Below, piece by piece: positions 52,901-60,951 of a DNA stretch of 64,000 bases (position 1 is the first letter of the stretch; each line of letters starts with the position of its first letter). Below the pieces are notes generated by a model that was not told where the DNA came from, did no database searches, and was given only the letters and a program-made list of their open reading frames with translations. The translations under genes and the position numbers were made by a program. This DNA is from Fibrobacteria bacterium (GTDB lineage: Bacteria > Fibrobacterota > Fibrobacteria > UBA11236), in contig JAYTHY010000136.1 of assembly GCA_043732185.1 (NCBI GenBank), positions 60,330-124,329 of the forward strand. The letters are read 5' to 3'.

Positions 52901-53207
52901 TGATGAGGTTATAGGCCGTTTCACAGGCGGAAATGTATCCCTCGTTCATGGGCAAATCTTTGAGTGCCTGGATGCCGTTCTCGATATTGGCATCGCTGAA
53001 AAAAGTGGATCGAGTGGAGCTGACTCGGGGCGAATTGATGGCTTTGAGCTGCTTGCGGAGGATGGTTTCGAGCAGAACTTGGGTGGTTTTCCCACCTCGG
53101 GCCGCTAAGGCTTGGTCAGGGGAGAGGTAGGTAAACCCCAGCTTTTGCAATAATTGCAGGGCCGGGATTTGGCTGATCTGGTCTTCTTTGAAGCTGGGCG
53201 TTTCCAT
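49992..53207 (-). CDS. hsdR: Type I restriction endonuclease subunit R
   Basis: Nuclease motif RPDIVLFVNGIP..ECK, Walker A HTQGSGKS, DEGHR, FTGTP, LLTGFD and LQAIARVNR. Confidence 0.97.
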   Translation of the reverse strand: METPSFKEDQISQIPALQLLQKLGFTYLSPDQALAARGGKTTQVLLETILRKQLKAINSPRVSSTRSTFFSDANIENGIQALKDLPMNEGYISACETAYNLITLGKALEQNVDGDKKSFTLQYIDWQDLGNNLYHVTDEYAVMRSTSKEHYRPDIVLFVNGIPLCILECKRPDIKDSLNQAVSQHLRNQQEDGIRNLYAYAQLVVGLAGNQARYATAGTKGEYWAHWEEKFSSSEAEKDSRKQLTALINAPLDAAQKQALFGDHFKYARGYFDALEQAPILSTVQDEYLQGLCRPERLLDFTHNFVLFDDGEKKVARYQQFFAVKKAMTQLLKLEGGKRKGGVIWHTQGSGKSLTMVLLAQAIAIHNDILNPKIVLVTDRTDLDVQITGTFRKCGMVVENASTGQRLVDLLQSKSDAVVTTVINKFETAVRKMEILESPNIFVLVDEGHRTQHGTFNIEMQKSMPNACFIAFTGTPLFKKDKSTLSKFGKVIDDYTVDKAVKDKAVVPLLYEGRHAYQYVNEKPIDNYFSLVSEPLPDYLKADLKKKFSRADQLNIAEQKIYAICWDISQHFRDNFQGRTPFKGQLVTQTKEAAIKYKHFLDEIGIITSDVVISPPDEREGEDSAFGETPDKVKAFWKKMMDEHGNPKSYDKNIINRFKNQPHPEIIIVVDKLLTGFDEPKNTVLYLTRKLQGHSLLQAIARVNRIFPDKDFGYIIDYYGVLGALDDALELYSSFEEFDESDLECTLTSIIDEIKKLPQKHSELWDVFKTVKNKRDAEAYQQFLRDEAVRVEFYDKLAAFARILKLALSSIQFHKDHDEKAINRYTDDLAFFIKLRSAVVLRFSDAIDYKQYEGQIQKLIDTHVQTDEVKPITALVNIFDKTEFQREVEKTEGEAAKADKIASRTAKHISVKMDEDPAFYKKFSTMLKDTIKAYEDARLTESQYLAKAKSIMESVLSKSDSDIPESLKERDVAKAFYGIARDGLSLKFTSEETLKSVSADIAIMTDAIIQKFIKVDWHSPSNIDIQKKMIHLIGDYLIDEVRDKYAITLSFEEIDAIAERIVEVAKIRYKQ

Positions 53208-53240
53208 TATTTCCCCAAAAACGGCAAAAGACATGTATAG

Positions 53241-53336
53241 TTTCTTTGCATATACCCATGGTCATGTAAAGAAAATACCGTATTTCTTTGCATGATAACC
53301 CTAATATGAGTCAAAAAGTGTGGTTTTCTTGTCATG
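53241..53336. repeat. Periodic operator-like repeat array between fic and hsdR
   Basis: TTTCTTTGCATA (53241), TTTCTTTGCATG (53283) and TTTCTTGTCATG (53325) at 42-bp spacing, plus an inverted copy CATGTAAAGAAA (53263). Confidence 0.7.
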
Positions 53337-54414
53337 AGGGACTGGCACCATTTAAAAGAAGCTGATAGAGGTCATCGTTGATGTAAAAGTTGTCCTTGCC
53401 GATTTTGTGCCGGGTGAGATGGCCGATTCTAACCAGCTCATCCAAATAACGCGTCGCCGTGGGTCGACTCACCCCCAAATCGCGAATGATGAAGTCAATT
53501 TTGGTATAGGGATGCCGGAAAATATTATTCAGAAGATCTTGGCTATAAATTTTCGGAAGCTCGGTTCGCATTTTAAGTTTGTGCTTTTGCATCAATAGTC
53601 TGATGCCATGAATTTGTTGGATGGATTGCAAAGCCGTTTGTTCCACGCCGTCCAATATGTACAAGACCCATTCCTGCCAAGCATTGTCCGTCCGCACTTT
53701 TTGCAAAAGCTGATAGTACTGGGCTTTGTTTTGATTGATATATCGGCTCAGATACAAGATTGGAATTTTAAGCAGACCTTCCTTGACCAAATAAAGAATG
53801 TTAATGATTCTCCCTGTGCGCCCATTGCCATCATAAAAAGGGTGAATGCTTTCAAACTGATGATGAATAACAGCCATTTTCACTAAGGGATCCCAATCCG
53901 ATAGGCTATTGTCATTCATGAAATTCTCGAGATTGCGCATTAGGCCCAGAATTTCATCCGGATGCTGAGGCGGAGTATAAACGATTTCCTGGGTGAGTTC
54001 ATTCTTCAAAGCCGTCCCAGGGAGTTGGCGATATCCAGCCTGATTTTCCTCAATAAGAGCCTGAACTTGGAGGATATCGTTATTAGAAATGATGCCGGTC
54101 CTTTTAACGGTCTCAAAGCCATTCCGCAAGGCCGTGGCATAGCTATGAACTTCCTTAGCCGCCACACTTGCAAATTGCATGGCAATCACATCGGCGCGAT
54201 AAATTTCGTCCTGGGTGGTGATAATATTTTCAATGGCGGAACTGTCTTTGGCTTCTTGCAAGGAAAGTGTGCTGATAAGGATGGTTTCATTGGGAATAGC
54301 ATCTGCGGCCCCTTTTAATTCGGCCAGGGCTTGATGGGCTTTGGCTACTTTTTTTAAGACGGCCTTGGTTTCGAGGTCAGTGGCGAAGGGAAGATGGGTT
54401 AGTTTATGTGTCAT
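53332..54414 (-). CDS. fic: Fic family AMP-transferase (class II, with C-terminal HTH)
   Basis: HPFYDGNGRTGR, inhibitory motif SSAIEN, and a C-terminal HTH (LGVSRPTATRYLDEL). Confidence 0.95.
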   Translation of the reverse strand: MTHKLTHLPFATDLETKAVLKKVAKAHQALAELKGAADAIPNETILISTLSLQEAKDSSAIENIITTQDEIYRADVIAMQFASVAAKEVHSYATALRNGFETVKRTGIISNNDILQVQALIEENQAGYRQLPGTALKNELTQEIVYTPPQHPDEILGLMRNLENFMNDNSLSDWDPLVKMAVIHHQFESIHPFYDGNGRTGRIINILYLVKEGLLKIPILYLSRYINQNKAQYYQLLQKVRTDNAWQEWVLYILDGVEQTALQSIQQIHGIRLLMQKHKLKMRTELPKIYSQDLLNNIFRHPYTKIDFIIRDLGVSRPTATRYLDELVRIGHLTRHKIGKDNFYINDDLYQLLLNGASPS

Positions 54415-55477
54415 GTTTTTTCCCCGTTTTGGGCTTTGTGATTCGGTCTTCAAGCAGTCGTTGCTCACGATCCAGTTCCTGACGAAGCTCTTCTTCCGTT
54501 GGTAAAATCAGTCTGTATTTGCTGGCAAAAAGCCGTTTGTTTTCATGCATTACCGAGAACCGTACAACGGATGCATCCTTCTGGGCGCAAAGCACAACTC
54601 CTACAGTAGGATTGTCTCCTTTTACCCTCTGCTGATGATCAAACATGCGGACATACATATCCATTTGACCTACGTCCTGATGCGTGAGCTCACCAGTTTT
54701 GAGGTCAAAGAGCACGAAGCATTTGAGTAGGTAATTGTAAAAAACCAAATCGACGAAAAAATCTTTGGACTCCGTACTAAGGCGTTGCTGGCGCTCTACA
54801 AAAGCGAAGCCCTTTCCAAGTTCCAAAAGGAATTGCTTGAGGTTGTCGATTAGCGCTTGTTCTAAGTTGGATTCTAACAAACGACCCGTCCCCGGCAGAC
54901 CAAGAAATTCAAGTAGAACAGGATCCCGGATAAAGTCGCGAGGATTTTCTTTTAGGCTTTTGATTTTTGTAGTTGCCTCTTTGCGCAATGGCTTACGATC
55001 TTTGCTGGATAATAAACGCTCGTAATAAAGCGTTCCAATTTGCCGTTCCAATACGCGGGTGGTCCAGTTTTGCTCAACCGCTTCATTCATGTACCAAAGG
55101 CGGGCATGCGAATCTTCAACTCGAAGTAAGGTCCGAAAATGTGTCCAGCCCAATTCGGTACGCACTGCGTTCCAAATTGGGAATGTCTGATAAAAGACCC
55201 GCATATTACGAAGATTACGTTCGTCAAAACCTTTTCCGAATTCGGCCGTTAGGGTATCTGCCAATCGAGAAAGAAGCTTCGCGCCGTATTGGGCACGTGC
55301 AACGCCATGTTGCTCAAACTCCACGATATGACGGCCTATTTCCCAGCAGGTTAGCACCTGAACGGAATCGACCGCACGCAATACTTGCTTTCTGCCCGCA
55401 AGAATCAGTTCACGAAGCTCGCCCAGTAATTGGACTACACTGGTTTTTTTAGTGGCTTTCTTCACTAATTTTTTCAT
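54404..55477 (-). CDS. YhcG/DUF1016 PD-(D/E)xK nuclease-family protein
   Basis: WEIGRHIVE, GF..RNL..MR.FY, LGWTHF, FLLELGKGFAF, DLVFYN..DLK and GQMDMY. Confidence 0.93.
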   Translation of the reverse strand: MKKLVKKATKKTSVVQLLGELRELILAGRKQVLRAVDSVQVLTCWEIGRHIVEFEQHGVARAQYGAKLLSRLADTLTAEFGKGFDERNLRNMRVFYQTFPIWNAVRTELGWTHFRTLLRVEDSHARLWYMNEAVEQNWTTRVLERQIGTLYYERLLSSKDRKPLRKEATTKIKSLKENPRDFIRDPVLLEFLGLPGTGRLLESNLEQALIDNLKQFLLELGKGFAFVERQQRLSTESKDFFVDLVFYNYLLKCFVLFDLKTGELTHQDVGQMDMYVRMFDHQQRVKGDNPTVGVVLCAQKDASVVRFSVMHENKRLFASKYRLILPTEEELRQELDREQRLLEDRITKPKTGKKHDT

Positions 55478-56274
55478 AGTATTCGGATTTTCCGTTGCAA
55501 CTTTTTCACATCTTCTGCGGGTGGTAGTGACTCGGGGATAATTCCTCTCTCTAAAAGCATAGTCCGTACCGCACCGCTATTGTCGAGATGTTCTCTTTCA
55601 ATAGGACTGTGCCCGGTCAGGTCTTTACTTTGAACATTCAAGCTGGTCATTTCGGCTGCTAAGTCTTTGGCCTTGATGCTGATGGTGGGAAGAAAATCCG
55701 CTAAGGGGCGATTTTCCGGGACTCCCAATTTTCGCTTGAGCATATGGGTGGATAGATGGAAAAGGGCCTGATCGCCCTTGGAGCGGATGATGGCGAAGCC
55801 TTTATCGTCTACCCCACGCTCGTAGAGAATACCGGAAAGCTGCTTTTCTGTTTGGCTCAGTTTTTCCCTCGCTTTGACCCTCTCGAATTCTAATAGGCGC
55901 TGTTCGATAAGTTCCGCACGCCGGGTCTGGACGGCGAAATAGGTTTGGGCGAAGGCTATTTCGGGCTTGCGGCTATCTCCATTCTGGGCAAGGAGATAGC
56001 ACGCATAACGAGTTAGAGCGATGTCTTCAATTGGTCTTTCCGCCTCCGACCCTATGGTGACCATTTTCCTGACGTCAGGAAAATGGTTATCCGTATTCTC
56101 CCCTGAATGCCTACAAGAATCCTTGGCTTTTTCAATGATTTTCAAGAAATTTTCCCATTTACTATAGCCGAGTAAAGGTTGCAGTTCACGTCCGCTCCAA
56201 CATTCAATTTCGTCTATTTCGGATTTAGCATTCTCAAATTGTGCGAGAAGCTGTTTGATCTCATCGGTTTTCAT
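55474..56274 (-). CDS. dinD: DNA-damage-inducible protein D family (copy 1)
   Basis: ECWSGRELQPLLGYSKW.NF, LTRYACYLLAQNGDSRK..IAFAQTYFAVQTRR and PESLPPAEDVKK. Confidence 0.9.
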   Translation of the reverse strand: MKTDEIKQLLAQFENAKSEIDEIECWSGRELQPLLGYSKWENFLKIIEKAKDSCRHSGENTDNHFPDVRKMVTIGSEAERPIEDIALTRYACYLLAQNGDSRKPEIAFAQTYFAVQTRRAELIEQRLLEFERVKAREKLSQTEKQLSGILYERGVDDKGFAIIRSKGDQALFHLSTHMLKRKLGVPENRPLADFLPTISIKAKDLAAEMTSLNVQSKDLTGHSPIEREHLDNSGAVRTMLLERGIIPESLPPAEDVKKLQRKIRIL

Positions 56275-57515
56275 GGTTTGAATCCTTTCAATCTTTTTTT
56301 TCCGGTTAACAAAACTTGCATCATTCCCTTTTTTTGCTCTTTTAGTTTCGCTCCTTTGGCTTTGAGGAGTTGGATTTCTTTGTCGGCGGATTGTAGTACT
56401 TTGGCAATCGCCACTTGCTCCTGTTTAGGGGGAAAAGGGACTCTTAGTTTAAAAAAATCGTCTGAATCAACATTTAAAAGACCATCACCTCTTGCACCCG
56501 AAGAAATAATCCTCCTGAGTTGCCGATCAAGCCCATGCGCGAAAAACCATTGTTTATAAAATGTGGAATGAACTTTCTCGGTTGGGCTAAAACAGATATA
56601 CACAAAGGGTACGAGCGCGCTTTCTTTTTCTTCCAGCTGAAAGACGCAACCCATTTGATAGGTCTTTGAATTGCCTTTGTTATAAGCGAAATCGCCTCGT
56701 TTGAGCTGTGTGTATTTTTTCAAGCTATCACCGGCTATGACCCGGTCGAATTTGTCTTCTTGTGAGATTAGCCCTAACCTTGAGGAGATGGTCATGATGG
56801 AATGGCTATCACCACCGTCATTTGTGGCAGTAATTTCATTGAAGGCTTCACCAAGCCGAACGGTTTTCCACTCCCCTCCAAATCCCTTCAACCTTTTCTT
56901 CCCCGTCAGCAATTGTTGCATCAAGGCTTTTTTCTGCAATTCTTTTTGGGTAATCAACTGGTTGGTTTTGTTGATGGCGGAATCCATCAGGCTGAGGACG
57001 GCGGCGATGGCTTTTTGTTCGGTATACTTCGGGATAAATAGTTTTATCTTCCTTAACTCTTCCAATGAAATCTCTTGGAAAGTACTGCCCTTTGCTACTT
57101 CACTAATTTTTTTTGTGACGGCCTGGGATTGCAAAGACTGCTTCACAAATTCAATATCACAAATAGATTCATTGACAGAAATTCTCGCCGTTCCCTGTGT
57201 TAAATTTGCAGTATTCAAATTCGATGGAACTAAGCTTAACTCGCCAATATTTCCTCGCAATGAAAACACAATGTCTCCGGGATGCACCTCAGATCTGCTA
57301 TATTTATTTGCGATTTCAAGTGAGGTTTTACTTAGCGTACTTACAACTATATCCCCTCCAACGTCAGAGCTTTTAATATAAGGTATGCCATCAACTACTT
57401 CGGGTCCTGCTTGGACAATACCATACACTATTGGCTTTTTTGAGACCTCCTGAAGCTCTAGGATATCCCAGTCAGAAGGAGTTAAATAAATCGGCACAGG
57501 AATTTTAGTGGTCAT
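56271..57515 (-). CDS. hsdS: Type I R-M specificity subunit S (two target recognition domains)
   Basis: PSDW start, and two conserved regions EQ.AIA.VL...K..MQ.LLTGKKRLKGF. Confidence 0.95.
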   Translation of the reverse strand: MTTKIPVPIYLTPSDWDILELQEVSKKPIVYGIVQAGPEVVDGIPYIKSSDVGGDIVVSTLSKTSLEIANKYSRSEVHPGDIVFSLRGNIGELSLVPSNLNTANLTQGTARISVNESICDIEFVKQSLQSQAVTKKISEVAKGSTFQEISLEELRKIKLFIPKYTEQKAIAAVLSLMDSAINKTNQLITQKELQKKALMQQLLTGKKRLKGFGGEWKTVRLGEAFNEITATNDGGDSHSIMTISSRLGLISQEDKFDRVIAGDSLKKYTQLKRGDFAYNKGNSKTYQMGCVFQLEEKESALVPFVYICFSPTEKVHSTFYKQWFFAHGLDRQLRRIISSGARGDGLLNVDSDDFFKLRVPFPPKQEQVAIAKVLQSADKEIQLLKAKGAKLKEQKKGMMQVLLTGKKRLKGFKP

Positions 57516-57541
57516 TATGCAACCAGGTGGGTATAGATATA

Positions 57542-57653
57542 GTGTGAGGGATGGTAAGGGTGGCGCAGCCAGTGCGCGTCGCGCGCACCGGAGCGAAGCG
57601 GAGCCCTGCACAGCCCGACCGCGTTGCGACCTTGGCGCGGCGTGGGCACGCCC
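57542..57653. repeat. GC-rich palindromic mini-element (REP/MITE-like) upstream of hsdS
   Basis: 112-bp GC-rich segment in AT-rich flanks. Hairpins GTGCGCG-TCG-CGCGCAC and CCGCG..CGCGG, and an imperfect outer stem GGGATGGTAAGGG / CCCTGCACAGCCC. Confidence 0.6.
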
Positions 57654-57677
57654 GAATCATTCTGCCGGTTATACGCT

Positions 57678-58535
57678 TCATTTTGTCTTCTCACCTTTAA
57701 TCGATTTCGAGGGTTCCTTTTTATCCAACTTCTTAACACTTTCAACCACAGGCAGATTTTCAGGCATAGTGCCACCGATTTCCTCGATGGTCTTGCGAAC
57801 TTTTTTACCGATCTCGAAGTGCGTTTGGTTCGCTAGTTTTTTGCCTTGAATATTGTCCCGCTGCAACTTGTCTTCGGTTTGCGTGGCGCGAAAAAGATTG
57901 GCCGCCAATTCTGTGCTACCCATATGGTCCAGAATCTGTTCGCTTTTCTTCAAACCTTTTTTGGTGTGAATTCCCTTGGCATCCAAACCACCGTAGAGAC
58001 CTTTATATCCGAAATTCTGGAAGATGGCATAGTCGATGGGGTCGATAACGCCGGCCCCACGGGCTACGTCGGCCAATTGTTTATTGTGGACGGCCATTTC
58101 CTTACGAAGAAATATGCGTTTCTCATCCTCCGTGCTTAATTTTCCATATGCCTCCATTTGCTGAATTTCTTGCAAACGGGTTTGGACTGCAAAATAGGTT
58201 TGACCGAAGGCCACCACTTCTTTACCCGGATCAGCATTTTGTACGATCAAATAGCATGCATATCGGCTGAGTTTTACGTTTTCGACCTCACGTCGGGCTC
58301 CCTTCCCAATTTCGATCATATCGAGGAGATCCTCGAAATGATCCGGCGCTGACTGGCCGCTATTTTTACAAGCTTCCCTAGCCTTTTCCATTGCTGGGAT
58401 GAAGTGCCTGTATTCGGAATATTCTAAAACTTTACTGAGTTCGCGGGCGGACCAGAATTCGTCACCATTTTCATCGATGCGCTTTATTTGTTCAAAGACT
58501 AGCGGCTGATTCGGTTTGGAAATTTCTTTGGTCAT
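57678..58535 (-). CDS. dinD: DNA-damage-inducible protein D family (copy 2)
   Basis: FEQIK..EFWSAREL..LEY, LSRYACYLIVQNADP.K, FQNFGYKGLYGG and ILDHMGSTELAANLFRATQT. Confidence 0.93.
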   Translation of the reverse strand: MTKEISKPNQPLVFEQIKRIDENGDEFWSARELSKVLEYSEYRHFIPAMEKAREACKNSGQSAPDHFEDLLDMIEIGKGARREVENVKLSRYACYLIVQNADPGKEVVAFGQTYFAVQTRLQEIQQMEAYGKLSTEDEKRIFLRKEMAVHNKQLADVARGAGVIDPIDYAIFQNFGYKGLYGGLDAKGIHTKKGLKKSEQILDHMGSTELAANLFRATQTEDKLQRDNIQGKKLANQTHFEIGKKVRKTIEEIGGTMPENLPVVESVKKLDKKEPSKSIKGEKTK

Positions 58536-58536
58536 A

Positions 58537-60120
58537 TTAGTTTGACTCCGTCAGCTCTTTGAGATACTTCCCCAACTCCGCCTGCACAACCTTCAGTTCC
58601 TTTTCCAACTTTTCAATCTCCACCTGCACGGCCCCGATATCCACCTCTGCCTCTTCCTCAAACGTATCCACATACCGAGGAATATTCAGATTGAAATCAT
58701 TTTCAGCGATTTGCTCCACCGTCGCCACAAAGCTGAATTTCTCTTCCACCACACCCGCTTGCATTTTACCCGCATTGAACTTCCGATACGTTTCCACAAT
58801 ATGCGCCAGATCCTGTTCTCGCAGCTTATTCTGATTCTTGCCGTTTTCAAATGCCTGACTGGCATCGATGAAAAGCACGTTCTTGTTTTCGCCTTTTCCC
58901 TTATTGAAAATGAGGATGGCCGCGGGAATTCCGGTGCCGAAAAACAAGTTGGCTGGCAATCCAATCACGGCTTCTAGGATATTTTCTTCGATGGTCTTTT
59001 GCCGGATTTTACCTTCGCTGCTGCCTCGGAATAAAACGCCATGCGGCACCACAACGCCCACCTTGCCCTTGCCCTCATAGGTGGTTTCGATCATATGGCT
59101 GATGAAAGCCCAATCGCCCTTGCTCTTGGGGGGCACGCCGCGCCAGAAGCGATTGTAGGGATCGGAGTCGGGGTCAAAACTTTTGGCGGCTTTGTTTTCT
59201 TCCTTATCCTTGTCGTCGACCTTGCCCCATTTGTCGAGGGAGAAGGGCGGGTTCGCCACCACGGTGTCGAACTTCATTAGGGCATCGCCTTCCTTCAGCT
59301 TGGGATTGCGGATGGTATCGCCCCAGCGGATATTGGCATTGTCGAAACCGTGCAGGAACATATTCATGACCGCCAGAGCCCAGGTGCTGCCATTGGCTTC
59401 TTGTCCGTAGAGGGAGAAATTATCCGAGCCCACTTCTTTACCAGCTTTAATGAGCAAGGAGGCAGAGCCGCAAGTGGGATCGCAGATGCGCGCACCGGGT
59501 TTGCTTTTGGTGAGCCGGGCCAGCAAGGTGGAGACTTCGCTGGGAGTGTAGAATTCACCGGCTTTTTTTCCTGCATCGCTGGCGAAGTTGGAAATGAGGT
59601 ATTCATAGGCATCGCCGATGATGTCATTCCGTTCCAAGTGGGAGGGCGTGAGATCCATTTTGCTGAAATCGAGGAGCAGGTTTTTCAAGCGGCTATTTTT
59701 TTCTTTTGCATCGCCGAGATTATTGCTGTTGAAACTGATATTGCGGAAAATGCTGCCGTCTTCGCTGCTGAGTTTTTCACGATTGGCTTCTTCTAAATCC
59801 GCCAAAGCAATGTCGATGACCTCGCCAATATTGGTAGCATTGCGGTTTTCATGGAGATAGTCGAAAGTGCTGGTAGCAGGGACTACGAAGCGCTCCATCT
59901 TCATGGCGCGTTCGGTTCTATTGGCGTCGCCTTTGTATTTGGCCAAGTGGGTTTGATACATCTCCTTATGCACATCGCTCACATACTTGAGAAAAAGCAT
60001 GGTGAGGATATAATCTTTATACTGGCTGGGATCGATTACACCTCGAAAGGTATCGCAGGCTTTCCAGACGATATTGTTGATTTCTTTTTGGGTGATTTTT
60101 GGGATTTGACTTTGGCTCAT
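58537..60120 (-). CDS. hsdM: Type I R-M N6-adenine methyltransferase subunit M
   Basis: WKACDTFRG, GEFYTP, DPTCGS, ANPPF (motif IV), HGVLFRG and FNLNIPRYV. Confidence 0.97.
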   Translation of the reverse strand: MSQSQIPKITQKEINNIVWKACDTFRGVIDPSQYKDYILTMLFLKYVSDVHKEMYQTHLAKYKGDANRTERAMKMERFVVPATSTFDYLHENRNATNIGEVIDIALADLEEANREKLSSEDGSIFRNISFNSNNLGDAKEKNSRLKNLLLDFSKMDLTPSHLERNDIIGDAYEYLISNFASDAGKKAGEFYTPSEVSTLLARLTKSKPGARICDPTCGSASLLIKAGKEVGSDNFSLYGQEANGSTWALAVMNMFLHGFDNANIRWGDTIRNPKLKEGDALMKFDTVVANPPFSLDKWGKVDDKDKEENKAAKSFDPDSDPYNRFWRGVPPKSKGDWAFISHMIETTYEGKGKVGVVVPHGVLFRGSSEGKIRQKTIEENILEAVIGLPANLFFGTGIPAAILIFNKGKGENKNVLFIDASQAFENGKNQNKLREQDLAHIVETYRKFNAGKMQAGVVEEKFSFVATVEQIAENDFNLNIPRYVDTFEEEAEVDIGAVQVEIEKLEKELKVVQAELGKYLKELTESN

Positions 60121-60131
60121 GATAGACTCGC

Positions 60132-60692
60132 TCAGTTGATGGCTTGTAGGAGGATTTGTTGATTTTGATTTTCGCGTAAAGTATGAATCTGCTGCAAGAT
60201 GGCTTTTTCTTTTTTCATCAGTGCCGTTGCCGCTACAATCTTGATCTGCTTTTGCAGGGACGGGATGGCGACGTCAAGATTTTCCAGAACTTCTTGGGTA
60301 ATCGAGGGTAGGTTTGTGCCGCGCGCTACACGGGAACACCAAGCTTGGGTTTGCGGATGATTGAAATACCACTGAAGATATTCGGGCAAAATCATTTGCT
60401 TATTTCTGATCCGAATAACCATGAAGACCGAGGACGCGACGGCCTTGGCCATATGGCTTTGGTATAGAACAGCTCGGTTTTTATTTCCCTTAACTGCGAA
60501 TAAAATATCGCCGGATTGCAAAAGGTGTTTTTTGCTTTTACCCTCTAATTTTAGGTCGGGTTTGGTGCTTGGATCAAAATTTCCGGCTTCATCAAAGTGG
60601 CGGACTTGGACATAGAGGACGTCACCGGATGGATCCGGTTTGGCATAAATGCCGGAGTTGAGGTCTGCGATTTCCTTGAGGCAGGTTTTCAA
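60132..60692 (-). CDS. Half-size, single-TRD HsdS-like protein
   Basis: LKEIADLNSG, LQSGDILF, PEYLQWYFN, GT.LPSI and IPSLQKQ. TTG start at 60692 behind GAGGA. Confidence 0.85.
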   Translation of the reverse strand: MKTCLKEIADLNSGIYAKPDPSGDVLYVQVRHFDEAGNFDPSTKPDLKLEGKSKKHLLQSGDILFAVKGNKNRAVLYQSHMAKAVASSVFMVIRIRNKQMILPEYLQWYFNHPQTQAWCSRVARGTNLPSITQEVLENLDVAIPSLQKQIKIVAATALMKKEKAILQQIHTLRENQNQQILLQAIN

Positions 60693-60807
60693 ATTATCCT
60701 CGGTACCTGGACTACAATATAATATCAACGGTTAAAATTGGCAATATATATTTAAGTAATGGCTCTACAAAAGTTTTATGGCCATAAAAGAAGCATTTTA
60801 GGACTGC

Positions 60808-60845
60808 GCTTTGAATATTCAGTCGGGCTTTGAATATTCCGTCGG
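60808..60845. repeat. Tandem 19-bp direct repeat with an internal palindrome
   Basis: GCTTTGAATATTCAGTCGG followed by GCTTTGAATATTCCGTCGG (18/19 identical). Each copy contains GAATATTC. Confidence 0.8.
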
Positions 60846-60951
60846 CAAAGGAGGTTGGCCGGAAGGCAGTCGCATTGTGCGCTCCATCACATCGCAAAAT
60901 CTCGAAGTTGGTATTCTTTGCACCATGAAGTTCGATCACTCCGCCAATCCC

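Noticed and set aside
55440..55500. Possible frameshifted dinD-yhcG fusion
   Set aside because: A simple ATGA overlap explains the junction and both proteins are near typical length. No clear slippery site.
56271..57000. Repeated LLTGKKRLKGF-coding segments in hsdS as a possible shufflon or invertible system
   Set aside because: These are the normal direct conserved regions of HsdS. No inverted copies, silent inverted hsdS or recombinase were seen.
56701..57381. 226-aa plus-strand ORF
   Set aside because: Antisense shadow of hsdS.
57515..57775. 86-aa ORF and the GTG-57611 extension of hsdS
   Set aside because: Both read through the palindromic element and give Arg/Ala-rich, non-protein-like sequence. 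More likely by-products of the repeat.
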